From Clostridia bacterium (GTDB lineage Bacteria > Bacillota > Clostridia > Christensenellales > CAG-917): DNA of 64,000 nt. This document shows, piece by piece, positions 29,295 to 38,149 of the stretch (within the stretch, counting starts at the first letter, position 1; each line of letters starts with the position of its first letter). Under the pieces are notes generated by a model that worked only from the letters and a program-made list of their open reading frames with translations, was not told the origin of the DNA and made no database searches. The position numbers and the translations under genes were made by a program. Location of the stretch: the NCBI GenBank assembly GCA_036654095.1, contig JAVVSR010000008.1:6878-70877 (forward strand), in the 5' to 3' direction.

Positions 29295-32112
29295 AATATT
29301 TATTAAAGGCGCAAAAGAAAATAATCTTAAAAACATCGATGTTTCGATTCCACGAAATAAGTTGGTGGTTTTTACAGGGCTTTCGGGTAGCGGAAAATCA
29401 TCGCTAGCTTTTGACACCATTTTTGCAGAAGGCCAACGTCGATATATCGAAAGCCTTTCAAGTTACGCGCGACAGTTTTTAGGGCAAATGGAAAAGCCGA
29501 ACGTTGAATACATTGAAGGCCTTTCACCAGCGGTTTCAATCGACCAAAAAACGACGTCAAAAAATCCGCGTTCAACCGTTGGCACAGTAACTGAAATTTA
29601 TGACTATATGCGCTTGCTTTTTGCAAGAGTAGGAACTCCGCATTGCCCCAAATGCGGCCGCGAAATTACTCAGCAGTCGGTTGACCAAATCTGCGATAAA
29701 ATTATCGACAATGTCAAAACTTCGGGCGATAACAAAATTATTATTCTTGCGCCTGCCGTTCGCGGAAGAAAGGGCGAATACAATAAAATGCTTAACGACT
29801 TTAAAAAAGCAGGCTATATTCGCGTACGCGTTGATGGTATTGACTACACGCTAGATGAGGAAATTGAACTTGATAAAAACGTTAAGCACACTATTTCCGT
29901 TACGGTTGATAGGCTTGTTATTAAAGATGGCATTGAACGACGTCTAACAGATAGTTTGGAAACGGCCATTAAGTTGGGCGACGGCCTTGTAATTATCGAC
30001 AACAACGGCCACGAAAGTTTGTTTTCTACAAAGTATAATTGCCCCGATTGCGATATCAGCATTGAGGAGTTGGAACCGCGGCTATTTAGTTTTAATAATC
30101 CTTATGGCGCGTGTCCCGATTGCACGGGCTTAGGTTTCAACAACCAAATTGATTTGGATATGATTATTAAAGATGAAAATCTAAGTATAAACGCTGGCGG
30201 TATTTCCACGCCGTCGGGTTGGAATATGGATACAAGCCGAATAACCAACGCGCAATTTAAAGCGTTATCGAAGCAGTACGGTTTTTCGCTTGACGTTCCA
30301 ATTAAGGACTTGCCAAAGTCAATAATGAAAATTTTGCTTTATGGTACGGGCGAACGCGTTTCTATTGACTACAATTCGCAAAGTTTCAAAGGCAGTTTTA
30401 TGACAAGTTATGAAGGCATTGTAAACAATCTTTTGAGGCGCTATCGCGATACGATGTCGGACGCTGTAAAACAGGAAATTGAAAAATATATGAAAAGCGT
30501 ACCTTGTAAAACATGTAACGGAAAAAGGTTAAAAAAGGAAGCGTTAGCTGTTACTGTCGGGGGGTTGAACATTGCCGAAATTTCGGATATGAGCATTGTA
30601 AAGCTTGATAAGTTTTTTAATGAATTACTTTTAGATGAACAAAAAACTTTAATTGGTAAGTCAATTATTAAAGAAATTCGCGCAAGGTTAAACTTTTTAA
30701 TCAATGTTGGGCTAGACTACCTCACGTTATCTCGCACGGCGGCTACATTGTCGGGCGGCGAGTCGCAACGAATTAGGCTTGCCACGCAAATTGGTAGTGG
30801 ACTTACGGGCGTATTATATATTTTAGATGAGCCAAGTATTGGCTTGCACCAAAAGGACAATGCGAGGCTTTTGGAAAGTTTGAAGGGGTTGCGCGACTTG
30901 GGCAACACCTTAATTGTGGTTGAACACGACGATGAAACGATAAGAGCCGCCGACTATGTTGTTGATATCGGCCCAGGCGCGGGCATACACGGAGGCGAAC
31001 TTGTTGTTTCGGGGACGGTCGACGATGTAATGGCTTGCGATAAATCATATACGGGCAAGTATTTGAAGGGCGAACTTAAAATAGATGTTCCCGAAAGCCG
31101 AAGACAGCCAGATGGCAGATATTTGTCGATACTGGGCGCAAAACAAAATAATCTTAAAAATCTTGATATTAAAATTCCTATTGGATTATTCACCGTAATT
31201 ACAGGTGTGTCTGGTAGCGGTAAAAGTAGCTTAGTTAATGAAATAATTTATCCGCATATTTTTAATAAAATTTATAAAAGTAAACAAAAAGAAGGGGACT
31301 TTAACGAAATACTTGGGACAGAATATTTTGATAAGATTATCAATATTGACCAGTCGCCAATAGGCCGCACTCCTCGAAGCAATCCCGCTACCTACACAGG
31401 CGTGTTTACGCCGATACGCGAGCTTTTTGCCGCTACTCCCGACGCGCGCGCTAGAGGTTATAAGGCAGGTCGGTTTAGCTTTAACATTGCTGGCGGACGT
31501 TGCGAAAATTGCGGCGGCGATGGTATTATTGAAATTGAAATGCACTTTTTACCTGATATTTATGTACCGTGCTCGGTTTGTCACGGCAAGCGGTATAACC
31601 GCGAAACTTTAGAGGTTAAGTATAAGGGTAAAAACATTTACGATGTATTAGATATGACTGTTGAGGAGGCTTGTGACTTTTTTAAAAATATATCAAGTAT
31701 ATATAATAAGATTAAAACGATGTTTGATGTAGGTCTTTCGTACATTAAACTAGGTCAATCATCAACAACCTTGTCAGGAGGGGAAGCGCAGCGAGTTAAA
31801 TTATCGACTGAATTGGCTAAACGTAGCACAGGTAAAACGCTTTATATTTTGGACGAACCAACAACGGGATTACATCCACACGACGTAAAAAAATTAGTTA
31901 CAATTTTACAAAGACTTGTCGAGGGCGGAAATACAGTTGTTGTAATTGAGCATAATCTTGATGTAATTAAGGTTGCCGATAATATTATTGACCTAGGGCC
32001 TAACGGAGGCGACCGCGGTGGAGAGTTGGTTTCATCGGGAACTCCTGAACAAATTGCAAAATGTGAAAAATCGTATACTGGACAATACTTGAAAAAGATT
32101 TTATTAAAATAG
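29287..32112 (+). CDS. uvrA: Excinuclease ABC subunit A
   Basis: A 941-aa protein with two ABC ATPase modules ([18 protein letters not shown], two LSGGE signatures) and zinc-finger CxxC pairs. It overlaps uvrB by 8 nt. Confidence 0.95.
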   Translation: MDKIFIKGAKENNLKNIDVSIPRNKLVVFTGLSGSGKSSLAFDTIFAEGQRRYIESLSSYARQFLGQMEKPNVEYIEGLSPAVSIDQKTTSKNPRSTVGTVTEIYDYMRLLFARVGTPHCPKCGREITQQSVDQICDKIIDNVKTSGDNKIIILAPAVRGRKGEYNKMLNDFKKAGYIRVRVDGIDYTLDEEIELDKNVKHTISVTVDRLVIKDGIERRLTDSLETAIKLGDGLVIIDNNGHESLFSTKYNCPDCDISIEELEPRLFSFNNPYGACPDCTGLGFNNQIDLDMIIKDENLSINAGGISTPSGWNMDTSRITNAQFKALSKQYGFSLDVPIKDLPKSIMKILLYGTGERVSIDYNSQSFKGSFMTSYEGIVNNLLRRYRDTMSDAVKQEIEKYMKSVPCKTCNGKRLKKEALAVTVGGLNIAEISDMSIVKLDKFFNELLLDEQKTLIGKSIIKEIRARLNFLINVGLDYLTLSRTAATLSGGESQRIRLATQIGSGLTGVLYILDEPSIGLHQKDNARLLESLKGLRDLGNTLIVVEHDDETIRAADYVVDIGPGAGIHGGELVVSGTVDDVMACDKSYTGKYLKGELKIDVPESRRQPDGRYLSILGAKQNNLKNLDIKIPIGLFTVITGVSGSGKSSLVNEIIYPHIFNKIYKSKQKEGDFNEILGTEYFDKIINIDQSPIGRTPRSNPATYTGVFTPIRELFAATPDARARGYKAGRFSFNIAGGRCENCGGDGIIEIEMHFLPDIYVPCSVCHGKRYNRETLEVKYKGKNIYDVLDMTVEEACDFFKNISSIYNKIKTMFDVGLSYIKLGQSSTTLSGGEAQRVKLSTELAKRSTGKTLYILDEPTTGLHPHDVKKLVTILQRLVEGGNTVVVIEHNLDVIKVADNIIDLGPNGGDRGGELVSSGTPEQIAKCEKSYTGQYLKKILLK

Positions 32113-32211
32113 CTTTTTATGTTAAAATTATGCGGTACAATAAAGTCTAGCTATTTGCAGTTAAACGTAATTTATGCTTAACTGCCACTGTTTTTTAGCG
32201 CGCGGAGGATT

Positions 32212-33666
32212 ATGAAACACATATCTAAAATAACTAATATAATTTTATTATGCCTAATTATGTGTTTTTCTTTCGTAGGGTGCAACACCGATAGGCTAAA
32301 AGAAATTCAAAATGGAATTATAGATACTATAAAAGATGCGATTGCAAGGGCGTACTCGGTTTCGCTCGGGGGCAATGTTAGCTCGATTTTACTTTCTAAA
32401 ACAAATGGATTTATTTACACTAAAAACATCAGCAATGGAACCGAAAATCGTGTGTGTAATATAACGGGTAAATTTGTTGAAAACGAAAGTGGCCTATATC
32501 TAACATATGATAAAATAGAAAATATCAGTTACAAATTTGGTTTTAAAAATAGCAATACGACATTAGGCGAGTTCAATACTCAGGTAATAAAACGCGCGGG
32601 GTACATTGTATTTAACGGCGATATAATGTTCAGCGATGAAAAAACGTTTAAGGCAAATGAAATTGTAACGTCTATTGGTAAACGCAAATTAGAAAAAGGC
32701 GGGGAATATGATTTTATTGTTAAAAAGGGCGCGACTATTGAAGATATAGTTAGCGATAACAAAAATTGTATTGTTGAACTTATGGGCGACGGAAACTCGC
32801 TTGAATATCCACTACTGGCGGAGATGTTGGCGAGTCTGGACACTTCAAAAGAAGGCAAACAAATTATTGATATTACATATAAAAATTCGACTGCAAAGAA
32901 GTTTTCGTTTCTCGTTTCCTCTACATTTGGAAGTTTTGATATTTCGGAATTACAAAAGCAATCTATGCCTGTGGGGTCGACCGTAGATGAGTTTATTTGT
33001 GGCAAAACTATTGGCGGAAATCCACTAACTAGGGATATGATTGCGGATTTTGACTCATCAAAGGAAGGGAAAAAAAATATTACGGTTGCTTTTAATGGTA
33101 TTATAGTTAAGGTGCAAGTTTATTTTTATAATGCTGAAAATTTTGATAAAGTGTGGAACTTTAAAGTAGAACTTAATAATGTGGATAAAGATTGTATTGA
33201 GAGTGGCGTCGAATTGTCGGGTAAGCTTTGCGATATAACGCAAATGAACGGCCAAAAATTAGGTGACGTGCTAATTAATGAAAAAATTATTAGCGGTTAT
33301 GATAAAACAAAAATTGGCGCGCAAAAAGTTGTGTTCAGTTATGGTGGACAAACGAAAACTAAGATTTTGAATGTATATGACAATTCAACAAAACCGATTG
33401 TAGATGTAAAACTCATTGCCTGTGGTTCAGATACGCAAAGCCCGATATTTAACATAACGTCTGACGGCGCGACTAATATAGGCGATTTTAAAGTACGCGT
33501 CAGCAGGGCTTCATCAGTTTTTAAAGATGTAGCAGTGGGGGTTAATATGTTTGTTGGGCTTAATGTTTCCACTGCTTATAATGGCCAAACTATATATATA
33601 AAGTATAATGTTGATGGTTACAATTATTATTTACCATTAACGGTAAAATTAATTTGCGACAAATAG
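32212..33666 (+). CDS. Lipoprotein of unknown function with Ig-like repeat signatures
   Basis: The signal peptide and lipobox are LCLIMCFSFVGC. The motif D.SKEGK..I.V.F/Y recurs (LDTSKEGKQIIDITY, FDSSKEGKKNITVAF, YDKTKIGAQKVVFSY). Confidence 0.6.
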   Translation: MKHISKITNIILLCLIMCFSFVGCNTDRLKEIQNGIIDTIKDAIARAYSVSLGGNVSSILLSKTNGFIYTKNISNGTENRVCNITGKFVENESGLYLTYDKIENISYKFGFKNSNTTLGEFNTQVIKRAGYIVFNGDIMFSDEKTFKANEIVTSIGKRKLEKGGEYDFIVKKGATIEDIVSDNKNCIVELMGDGNSLEYPLLAEMLASLDTSKEGKQIIDITYKNSTAKKFSFLVSSTFGSFDISELQKQSMPVGSTVDEFICGKTIGGNPLTRDMIADFDSSKEGKKNITVAFNGIIVKVQVYFYNAENFDKVWNFKVELNNVDKDCIESGVELSGKLCDITQMNGQKLGDVLINEKIISGYDKTKIGAQKVVFSYGGQTKTKILNVYDNSTKPIVDVKLIACGSDTQSPIFNITSDGATNIGDFKVRVSRASSVFKDVAVGVNMFVGLNVSTAYNGQTIYIKYNVDGYNYYLPLTVKLICDK

Positions 33667-33704
33667 TATGGTTTAAATACCTAAAAGTGTTGTTTAAATA
33701 GGTT

Positions 33705-34085
33705 TTAAAAAATATCGGCAAAATCGAAATCTAAAATGTCACGTATATTTTTAATTAGTTCAAACAATGAATCAATTTTCGACTCAGCATTTTGCATGTC
33801 ATCGGTATCAAGCGAACCTTCTATTTCGCCTATAACAACATTGACTTGCCGCGAGTCAGGACTAAATGAAATGCCATCAATTATTTTGCGTTTTTTATCC
33901 CACCACTTTTGCAAGATACGCACTTTTTCTAGGGCTTCAGACGATTTGTTTTTATCAATAAGCGAGTCAATTTCTTGTAACTGCAAATTGAAACTGTCAA
34001 ATGTGCGGTGAATAAAATAATGTTCTGAAACGCCAGCTGATACAATTATGGCTAATATCAAAATCAATAAAACAGCTTTCCTCAT
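33705..34085 (-). CDS. DUF4363-like small membrane-anchored protein
   Basis: A 126-aa protein with an N-terminal TM helix and a helical body. It overlaps the upstream DUF421 gene by 4 nt, which is the usual pairing. Confidence 0.6.
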   Translation of the reverse strand: MRKAVLLILILAIIVSAGVSEHYFIHRTFDSFNLQLQEIDSLIDKNKSSEALEKVRILQKWWDKKRKIIDGISFSPDSRQVNVVIGEIEGSLDTDDMQNAESKIDSLFELIKNIRDILDFDFADIF

Positions 34086-34792
34086 ACATCCTCCACTAGC
34101 GTATTTAACACTTGGCCGTCAAAAGTTTGTATAAATGCTTCGTTATTTGCAAGCGAAAATATAAATATATTTTTTTGCTGTATATTAAGTTTTTTTAATG
34201 TGTTCATTATTTTTTCTTTTTCAATCGGCGGAGTTATATGAGTTATAGTTTCGCCCATATATTTGCCTTCAATAATGATATTATAGGGTAAATTATTTTC
34301 GCCACCTTCAATTTTTAAATCGGCGTTTGTAACGTTTGCATTTGCAAACTTTGGAAGTATACTTAATTGTCCGTTTGTTTCGGCAATCGCATATTCTATT
34401 TCGCCAATTTTAAAATATCCTTGTCCTCGTAAACTCTCTAATAAATCGTTTGCAGTCATTCCACACTTCTTAAGCTGTTGGCAGTCAACTATGCCATTTG
34501 CAATAAGAATTACAGGCTTTCCGTTTAAAGTCTTTCTTATTCGACTGCTTTTTAAAATCATCATAGCAAAAAAATTATGAAGAAGAACAAGCGTAAATAT
34601 TGGTATTATGCCGTATGTTATTGGAATTGTACTGTCGCTCATCGGAATACAGGCAAGTTCTGCGGCAACAAGCGTTATTGCAAACTCAAAAGGTTGCAGT
34701 TGTGATAATTGACGTTTCCCCATAAGGCGCATTGCAATTAATAAAAAGACGTACAATATTATTGCGCGAAAAAATACGTTTAACATAAACAT
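34082..34792 (-). CDS. DUF421 (YetF-like) membrane protein
   Basis: The N-terminus AIILYVFLLIAMRLMGKRQLSQLQPFEFAITLV is the characteristic DUF421 start. The protein is 236 aa. Confidence 0.75.
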   Translation of the reverse strand: MFMLNVFFRAIILYVFLLIAMRLMGKRQLSQLQPFEFAITLVAAELACIPMSDSTIPITYGIIPIFTLVLLHNFFAMMILKSSRIRKTLNGKPVILIANGIVDCQQLKKCGMTANDLLESLRGQGYFKIGEIEYAIAETNGQLSILPKFANANVTNADLKIEGGENNLPYNIIIEGKYMGETITHITPPIEKEKIMNTLKKLNIQQKNIFIFSLANNEAFIQTFDGQVLNTLVEDV

Positions 34793-34976
34793 AGTGTAGC
34801 TAATTTTTAATTAATTATTAAACAAATAAGGTTTTTTAATAAAAAGTTGATAAAACGAATTTGAAAGCACAATATTTTATATTACTTACAAAACACTTTG
34901 ATATTTTTAATTTTTGTGATACAATTCAAATATTGAAATTACAAACGTAATTGCTAAATAGGTTTAAATAATTTAA

Positions 34977-35067
34977 ACAGAGTAGATATGTCGCGTTAAG
35001 TGTTATAGGATGGAATGTCGCCTATAAACGAAAGGTAACGCCTGCGGTGACATATTGCGTTCGCTGT
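34977..35067 (+). promoter_or_regulatory. THF (tetrahydrofolate) riboswitch aptamer
   Basis: ACAGAGTAGATATGTCGCGTTAAGTG...GGATGGAATGTCGCC...AACGAAAGGTAACGCCTGCGGTGACATATTGCGTTCGCTGT matches the folT-motif core blocks. The P1 stem is ACAG/CTGT. It sits directly upstream of a FolT-like ECF S-component gene. Confidence 0.85.
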
Positions 35068-35108
35068 ACATTTGGGAACTCGGTTTGGCCGTGTTTTCTG
35101 TTGCATCG

Positions 35109-35132
35109 AACCTCTTGCAAGGAGGTTTTTTT
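35109..35132 (+). terminator. Expression-platform hairpin of the THF riboswitch (terminator that also sequesters the SD)
   Basis: AACCTC-TTGCAAG-GAGGTT followed by TTTTT. The 3' arm contains the GGAGG Shine-Dalgarno of the ATG at 35133. Confidence 0.45.
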
Positions 35133-35747
35133 ATGTCAAAAAATGACGCTCAGTCTTATCAAGAGGTGCTTGATAAAAGCATTGTTGAATGTGGTGTATT
35201 GCAAGATAGAAAAAGTGTTTTTTCAACTCGAAAAATTGCATATATAGCTATGTTTGTGGCAATTAATGTTGTTATCGGCGCGTTTTCTCCGCGCATTGGC
35301 ACTCTTAAAGTGACGCTAACTTATACAATGTGTTTTTTGGCAGGCTATTTTTTCGGTGGCGTTGCTGGCGTTGTTGTAGGCGGAATGGGTGACCTGTTAG
35401 GAAGTTTACTTGGGGGTTTTGCGCCTAATCCAATAATTTTGTTGTCTTCTTGTCTATTGGGTTTTTTGCCCGCGTTGGCGCGAAAAATCGAAATCAAGGC
35501 TTTAAAGGAATTTTCACCTTATTTCCAAATTTTGATTAGTTATATTCTATGTTTCGTGATTTGCACTATGTTTGTAAATACATATGGTTTATACATAATT
35601 GGATTAGCAAAAGGGAAAAGTTTTTGGGCATATGTTGTTGTTCGTATGGCGACGCAAAGCCCGATAATAATTGGCAATCTTATGCTGACTTTTGCGCTAT
35701 ATCCTATATTTTCAAAGATATTTAATTTGTCGGTTAAAAAGTTTTAA
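35133..35747 (+). CDS. folT: ECF transporter S component, folate family (FolT-like)
   Basis: About 5-6 TM helices and an RKIAYIAMFVAINVV-type first helix. It lies downstream of the THF riboswitch. I use the ATG at 35133 because the track start at 35055 lies inside the aptamer. Confidence 0.78.
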   Translation: MSKNDAQSYQEVLDKSIVECGVLQDRKSVFSTRKIAYIAMFVAINVVIGAFSPRIGTLKVTLTYTMCFLAGYFFGGVAGVVVGGMGDLLGSLLGGFAPNPIILLSSCLLGFLPALARKIEIKALKEFSPYFQILISYILCFVICTMFVNTYGLYIIGLAKGKSFWAYVVVRMATQSPIIIGNLMLTFALYPIFSKIFNLSVKKF

Positions 35748-35770
35748 GTGTGCTGTATAAATTAATGAAT

Positions 35771-35947
35771 GATATGTTAAAGTGAAATATTGCGTAAAAT
35801 CAACGCTTAGATATGTATAAGAATTAAACATATTTTAGTATTTTTTCGATATGTTTAAAGCGAAATATTGCGTAAAATCAACGCTTAGATATGAGTAAGA
35901 GTTAAACATATTTTAGTATTTTTTTTGATAAGTTTAAAGCGAAATTG
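35771..35947 (+). repeat. Tandem repeat, 2.3 copies of a 77-79-bp unit
   Basis: Copy A is 35771-35847, copy B is 35848-35926, and partial copy C is 35927-35947. The shared core is ...GTTTAAAGCGAAATATTGCGTAAAATCAACGCTTAGATATG.GTAAGA.TTAAACATATTTTAGTATTTTTT. Confidence 0.85.
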
Positions 35948-35999
35948 TATTAATTAGTATAAATGAAGATTAAATATATTTAAACAATTATATTTGAAG

Positions 36000-37439
36000 C
36001 TATAAAGGTTTTGTAGCTTTTTTTTGCGGTTTTATTTTAAAATAGAAGCGGTCAAGTTTAATAATTTCAAAAACAACAGCTAAAGCAAAATAAATTATCA
36101 TAGGTATTCCGCCAGCAATGAGAACTGTCCATACGCTCGATAAAACTGGCGCTATAAGCCACTTTAATAGGTATGCCAACAAACAACATAGGGGCATAAA
36201 ACAAATTGTTAAAATAGGTTTTTTTAAGTTTTCAAACAAAGGTATGCGCGTCGAAAGCATTTTAATGTTTAGGGCAGCGGATATTGTAAAGCACACTCCC
36301 GACCCCACCGCGATTGCGTAAACACCAATATACTTTGGTAAAATAAAAATACAGGTTAAAAGCAATACTGTGCCAACGATATAGTTTTTAAATGACTTTT
36401 TTTCAAGTCCTAAACTATTCAGCATTGAAAGAGAAATTTGATTTAGTCCAATAGGGAAAAGTAGAATTGCCGAGTTAGCTAAAAAGTCGCCAGCGATAGT
36501 GTCATTAAATACTATTTCGCCAACCTCGCGTCCGAAAGGTATGTAAAGAACGCAAAACAAAGATGAAATAAACAGCGAAAATAGCAAGCTTCCGTCAATT
36601 CGTGATTGCAAGTATGACAAATCATTTTTAGTACTTGCCGTGGCAATTTCAGGAATAAGAACGATGGCCAACGCGCCCGTTAATGTGGTAGGCGCCATTA
36701 AAAGAGGCATTGCCATACCTGCAACACGGCCGAATGTGGCCGTAGCTATTGACGACGGCATTCCGTTTTTTACAAGCATTGCTGGTACAACTAACGCAGT
36801 TAGCGAAGCGATTAAGCCGCCAAATATCCGCATTGCCGTTATTGGCACGCTAGGGCGCAACAATTCGATGTAATTAGACGGACGCTCAAAACGGCCTTTT
36901 CGTTTCAAAAACAGCATAATAAGTACTGCGGCGCAAGCAAAATCGGATATGGTAAAAGCTAAAGCTATGGCCTTTGCTCCCGTTATCCAGCCAAGCAGTC
37001 CGCCTGCTAAAAGTACGCTAAATGCAATACGAAAAACTTCCTCTATCAGCTCGGCAAGGCTAAATGCGTTATAATCACGATGTCCCCAAAACCAACCTCT
37101 AACAGATGTATAAATGCAGGTTGAAAATAGCGCAGGGAGCATTATTAAAAACAAAGGCATAGCTCGTTTGTCGGCGAATATAAAGGTTAAATTGTTTTTA
37201 AAGATAAAAAATATTAAAACAATAAAGGAAGATATGCCTACACTCATTACCAAAGTGGCGGTCAAATACTTGTTTGCGCGACGTCCGCCATTTGCCAAAT
37301 CTTCCGCTATCTTTCGTGAGAGAACAAGTGGCAATCCAGACGCTGAAAAGGCTACCATAAGAAAAAATACGGATAAGCAAATTTGATAAAGGCCAACTAC
37401 CTCTGCGCCTAAACTTCTTGAAAGATATATTTTAAACAA
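36000..37439 (-). CDS. MOP-superfamily flippase, SpoVB/MurJ-like (polysaccharide or lipid II flippase)
   Basis: A polytopic protein with the N-terminal motif ...IYLSRSLGAEVVGLYQ typical of SpoVB/MurJ-type proteins. The track start is TTG at 37439. The in-frame upstream sequence encodes the expected first TM helix (see findings). Confidence 0.8.
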   Translation of the reverse strand: MFKIYLSRSLGAEVVGLYQICLSVFFLMVAFSASGLPLVLSRKIAEDLANGGRRANKYLTATLVMSVGISSFIVLIFFIFKNNLTFIFADKRAMPLFLIMLPALFSTCIYTSVRGWFWGHRDYNAFSLAELIEEVFRIAFSVLLAGGLLGWITGAKAIALAFTISDFACAAVLIMLFLKRKGRFERPSNYIELLRPSVPITAMRIFGGLIASLTALVVPAMLVKNGMPSSIATATFGRVAGMAMPLLMAPTTLTGALAIVLIPEIATASTKNDLSYLQSRIDGSLLFSLFISSLFCVLYIPFGREVGEIVFNDTIAGDFLANSAILLFPIGLNQISLSMLNSLGLEKKSFKNYIVGTVLLLTCIFILPKYIGVYAIAVGSGVCFTISAALNIKMLSTRIPLFENLKKPILTICFMPLCCLLAYLLKWLIAPVLSSVWTVLIAGGIPMIIYFALAVVFEIIKLDRFYFKIKPQKKATKPL

Positions 37440-37500
37440 GAAAGATAAAAAACGAGTTATGACCGAATATATTGTGACAACGGCGACCGCTTTAAGTAAA

Positions 37501-37803
37501 TTAATCTTTTTTATAATTCACCTCGATAGGAATAATTATGGTTTGGCCTAGAAAAACTTTGCTTATTTGGTTGTTTTGCGCAAGACATTCGGTGGAAATA
37601 TTGTGTTTTTTTGCAATACTTTCAAGCGTATCAAAGGGCATAACGGTGTATCTAAAGCCATATTCTGTTTCGATAATAAGTCGTTCACCCTCAAAAAATT
37701 GAGGATTATTATGTTTAAAAATCGCGCGGACAGTGGTATTGTACTTTCGCGCAATACTGTCGGCTGTTTCGTCTTTTTTTACTGTAATAACCGAATAACT
37801 CAT
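37501..37803 (-). CDS. Small protein with two LysM peptidoglycan-binding domains
   Basis: Two LysM units: YSVITVKKDETADSIARKYNTTVRAIFKHN and YTVMPFDTLESIAKKHNISTECLAQNN. Confidence 0.8.
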   Translation of the reverse strand: MSYSVITVKKDETADSIARKYNTTVRAIFKHNNPQFFEGERLIIETEYGFRYTVMPFDTLESIAKKHNISTECLAQNNQISKVFLGQTIIIPIEVNYKKD

Positions 37804-38103
37804 TGTGGAATATATTTATGAAAAATGTGTCAACTATATACCCGTTGAGGCGCATTTAGATATGGAAATGAATTATAAATTAATATGAAGATTTTAAATT
37901 ATTTTTTAATTGGGTAAGCTTTTATTAAATAATATAAATACAAAATTGCAAATATTTACATAAAAATATTAAGGTAGATGTGTTTTTATATAAGTTTACA
38001 AAGCAAAAAGTAAACTAAACTAACGCAATATTGTAGGTGTGGTGTTTAAGCAAAAATCATTGTCAAAGCGGCAAATATAGTTTAAGCATAATTTTAATGG
38101 CAA

Positions 38104-38136
38104 TAAAAAAGGCCGACTGTATTCAGTCGGCCTTTT
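38104..38136 (-). terminator. Intrinsic terminator of the 1260-aa gene (hairpin usable on both strands)
   Basis: GGCCGACTG-TATT-CAGTCGGCC flanked by AAAAAA and TTTT, 14 nt beyond the stop codon. Confidence 0.8.
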
Positions 38137-38149
38137 AAACAATTACTAA

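Noticed and set aside
27288-32112. Many 60-120-aa antisense or out-of-frame ORFs inside uvrB and uvrA (and similar ones inside hflX, glyQS, rnfC, the 1260-aa gene and glmM)
   Set aside because: They are embedded in strongly supported long CDSs, lack SD sequences and have no recognisable motifs.
35047-35247. 66-aa ORF and the longer folT model starting at 35055
   Set aside because: Both start inside the THF riboswitch aptamer. The SD-preceded ATG at 35133 is the credible start.
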